In this document: piece after piece, positions 63,396 to 64,000 of the stretch
Layout: each line of letters begins with the position of its first letter
Position numbering within the stretch: position 1 is the first letter of the stretch
Origin: a plasmid
Sequence record: NZ_CP010801.1
Length of the DNA stretch: 64,000 nt
Direction: 5' to 3' (one strand)
Notes under the pieces: model-generated
Seen by the model: only the letters and a program-made list of their open reading frames with translations
Databases searched by the model: none
What the model was told of the DNA's origin: nothing
Position numbers and translations under genes: made by a program

Positions 63396-64000
63396 AGAAG
63401 CCGATGCAAATTCTTTCCGTTGTGGCGCTGGTCGCCACGACTGCTGAGGCGTGGGGCATGAGCGCTGCGAACCCACAAGCCTGGGCCAACCCGGAGGGGA
63501 CAACCTCAGCGGCGGCCCCCAGCGTTCTCGGCGGTTCCGCGCCGATCGACCAAGCTCTCTCGATCATCATTCCAGAGCCTTGGAAAATCACTCTGGCGGC
63601 CAACGTTCCCGGCTCTTTGATGATGACCTGGCCGTCCTCGAGCGACTGGCGTGCAGCACTGCGCTCGGCCTGCGATGACATGGGCCTGCGCGCATCGATC
63701 GACCCCGTGCGCCAGACCGTGATGGTTGCGCCAGTACGCGTCACCAACCCCGCGCCGGCGAAGCCCCTTGCGGAGGACGCTATCACCGCCGCCTTGCCAC
63801 CCGAGAACGCCCCCGCGGCAGCGGCCAGCGATTCGACCCAGAAGCCGGATGCCTTGGTGCAGGTGGGGCGCACGGGAGCCGAACTGAATGGCACATGGCG
63901 CGAGTCTGTCCCTGCCGGTGAGCGTGTCATGCTGGTTGAGGCGATTCCCCGCTTGCTCCCTGCTTCGGAAAGCAAGGATGAAGTGCAAATCATCGGTCTG
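63392..64000 (+). CDS. Secreted hypothetical protein, 3'-partial (runs off the window)
   Basis: ATG with a signal peptide (MKKPMQILSVVALVATTAEA); no stop before the window end. Confidence 0.4.
   Translation, partial: MKKPMQILSVVALVATTAEAWGMSAANPQAWANPEGTTSAAAPSVLGGSAPIDQALSIIIPEPWKITLAANVPGSLMMTWPSSSDWRAALRSACDDMGLRASIDPVRQTVMVAPVRVTNPAPAKPLAEDAITAALPPENAPAAAASDSTQKPDALVQVGRTGAELNGTWRESVPAGERVMLVEAIPRLLPASESKDEVQIIGL

Overview
This is a high-GC accessory region, probably from a betaproteobacterium (Comamonadaceae or Burkholderiaceae), built from nested class II (Tn3-family) transposons that sit next to a conjugative type IV secretion module. There are no rRNA, tRNA or CRISPR features.

The main structures, in order:
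- A beta-propeller gene (YncE-like, YVTN repeats) is split at 3173/43763 by a ~40.6 kb composite Tn21-subfamily element (3174..43762). The element has identical outer 38-bp inverted repeats and a 5-bp TTTAA target duplication.
- The right arm of that element is a Tn501-like mercury-resistance transposon (merRTPADE, urf2, res, tnpR, tnpA). Its tnpA is split by a complete 3204-bp IS1071, which has a 5-bp GTTGA target duplication.
- The left arm begins with an inverted repeat plus a resolvase gene that is translationally coupled to three unknown genes. It continues with cargo: a HepT/MntA toxin-antitoxin pair, AraC/AhpD-like/cytochrome P460-like genes, and a frameshifted UDG-family gene.
- A haloacid-dehalogenase catabolic module follows: a sigma54 PAS activator, DUF485-ActP, a HAD-II dehalogenase, a ClC channel and LysE.
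- An IS30-family element sits in a lower-GC patch beside truncated DNA methyltransferase and chemotaxis-receptor (MCP) genes.
- An 8.2-kb Tn4651-group transposon (10407..18597) lies inside a lysR gene, with ~46-bp inverted repeats and an AACCC target duplication. It carries tnpA/tnpC, a DUF3701-type tyrosine recombinase, parDE and a kfrA-like gene.
- To the right of the composite element are a His-tailed DMT transporter, a third tyrosine recombinase and a further Tn3-family tnpA with one detectable inverted repeat. A TraR-like gene and a Ti/Tn4371-type Mpf cluster (trbBCDEJ-LFGI) follow. An antisense membrane-protein gene sits between trbL and trbF, and several uncharacterised genes lie upstream of trbB.

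The candidates for undescribed function are the three-gene operon fused to the resolvase, the genes upstream of trbB, and the antisense gene inside the trb operon.
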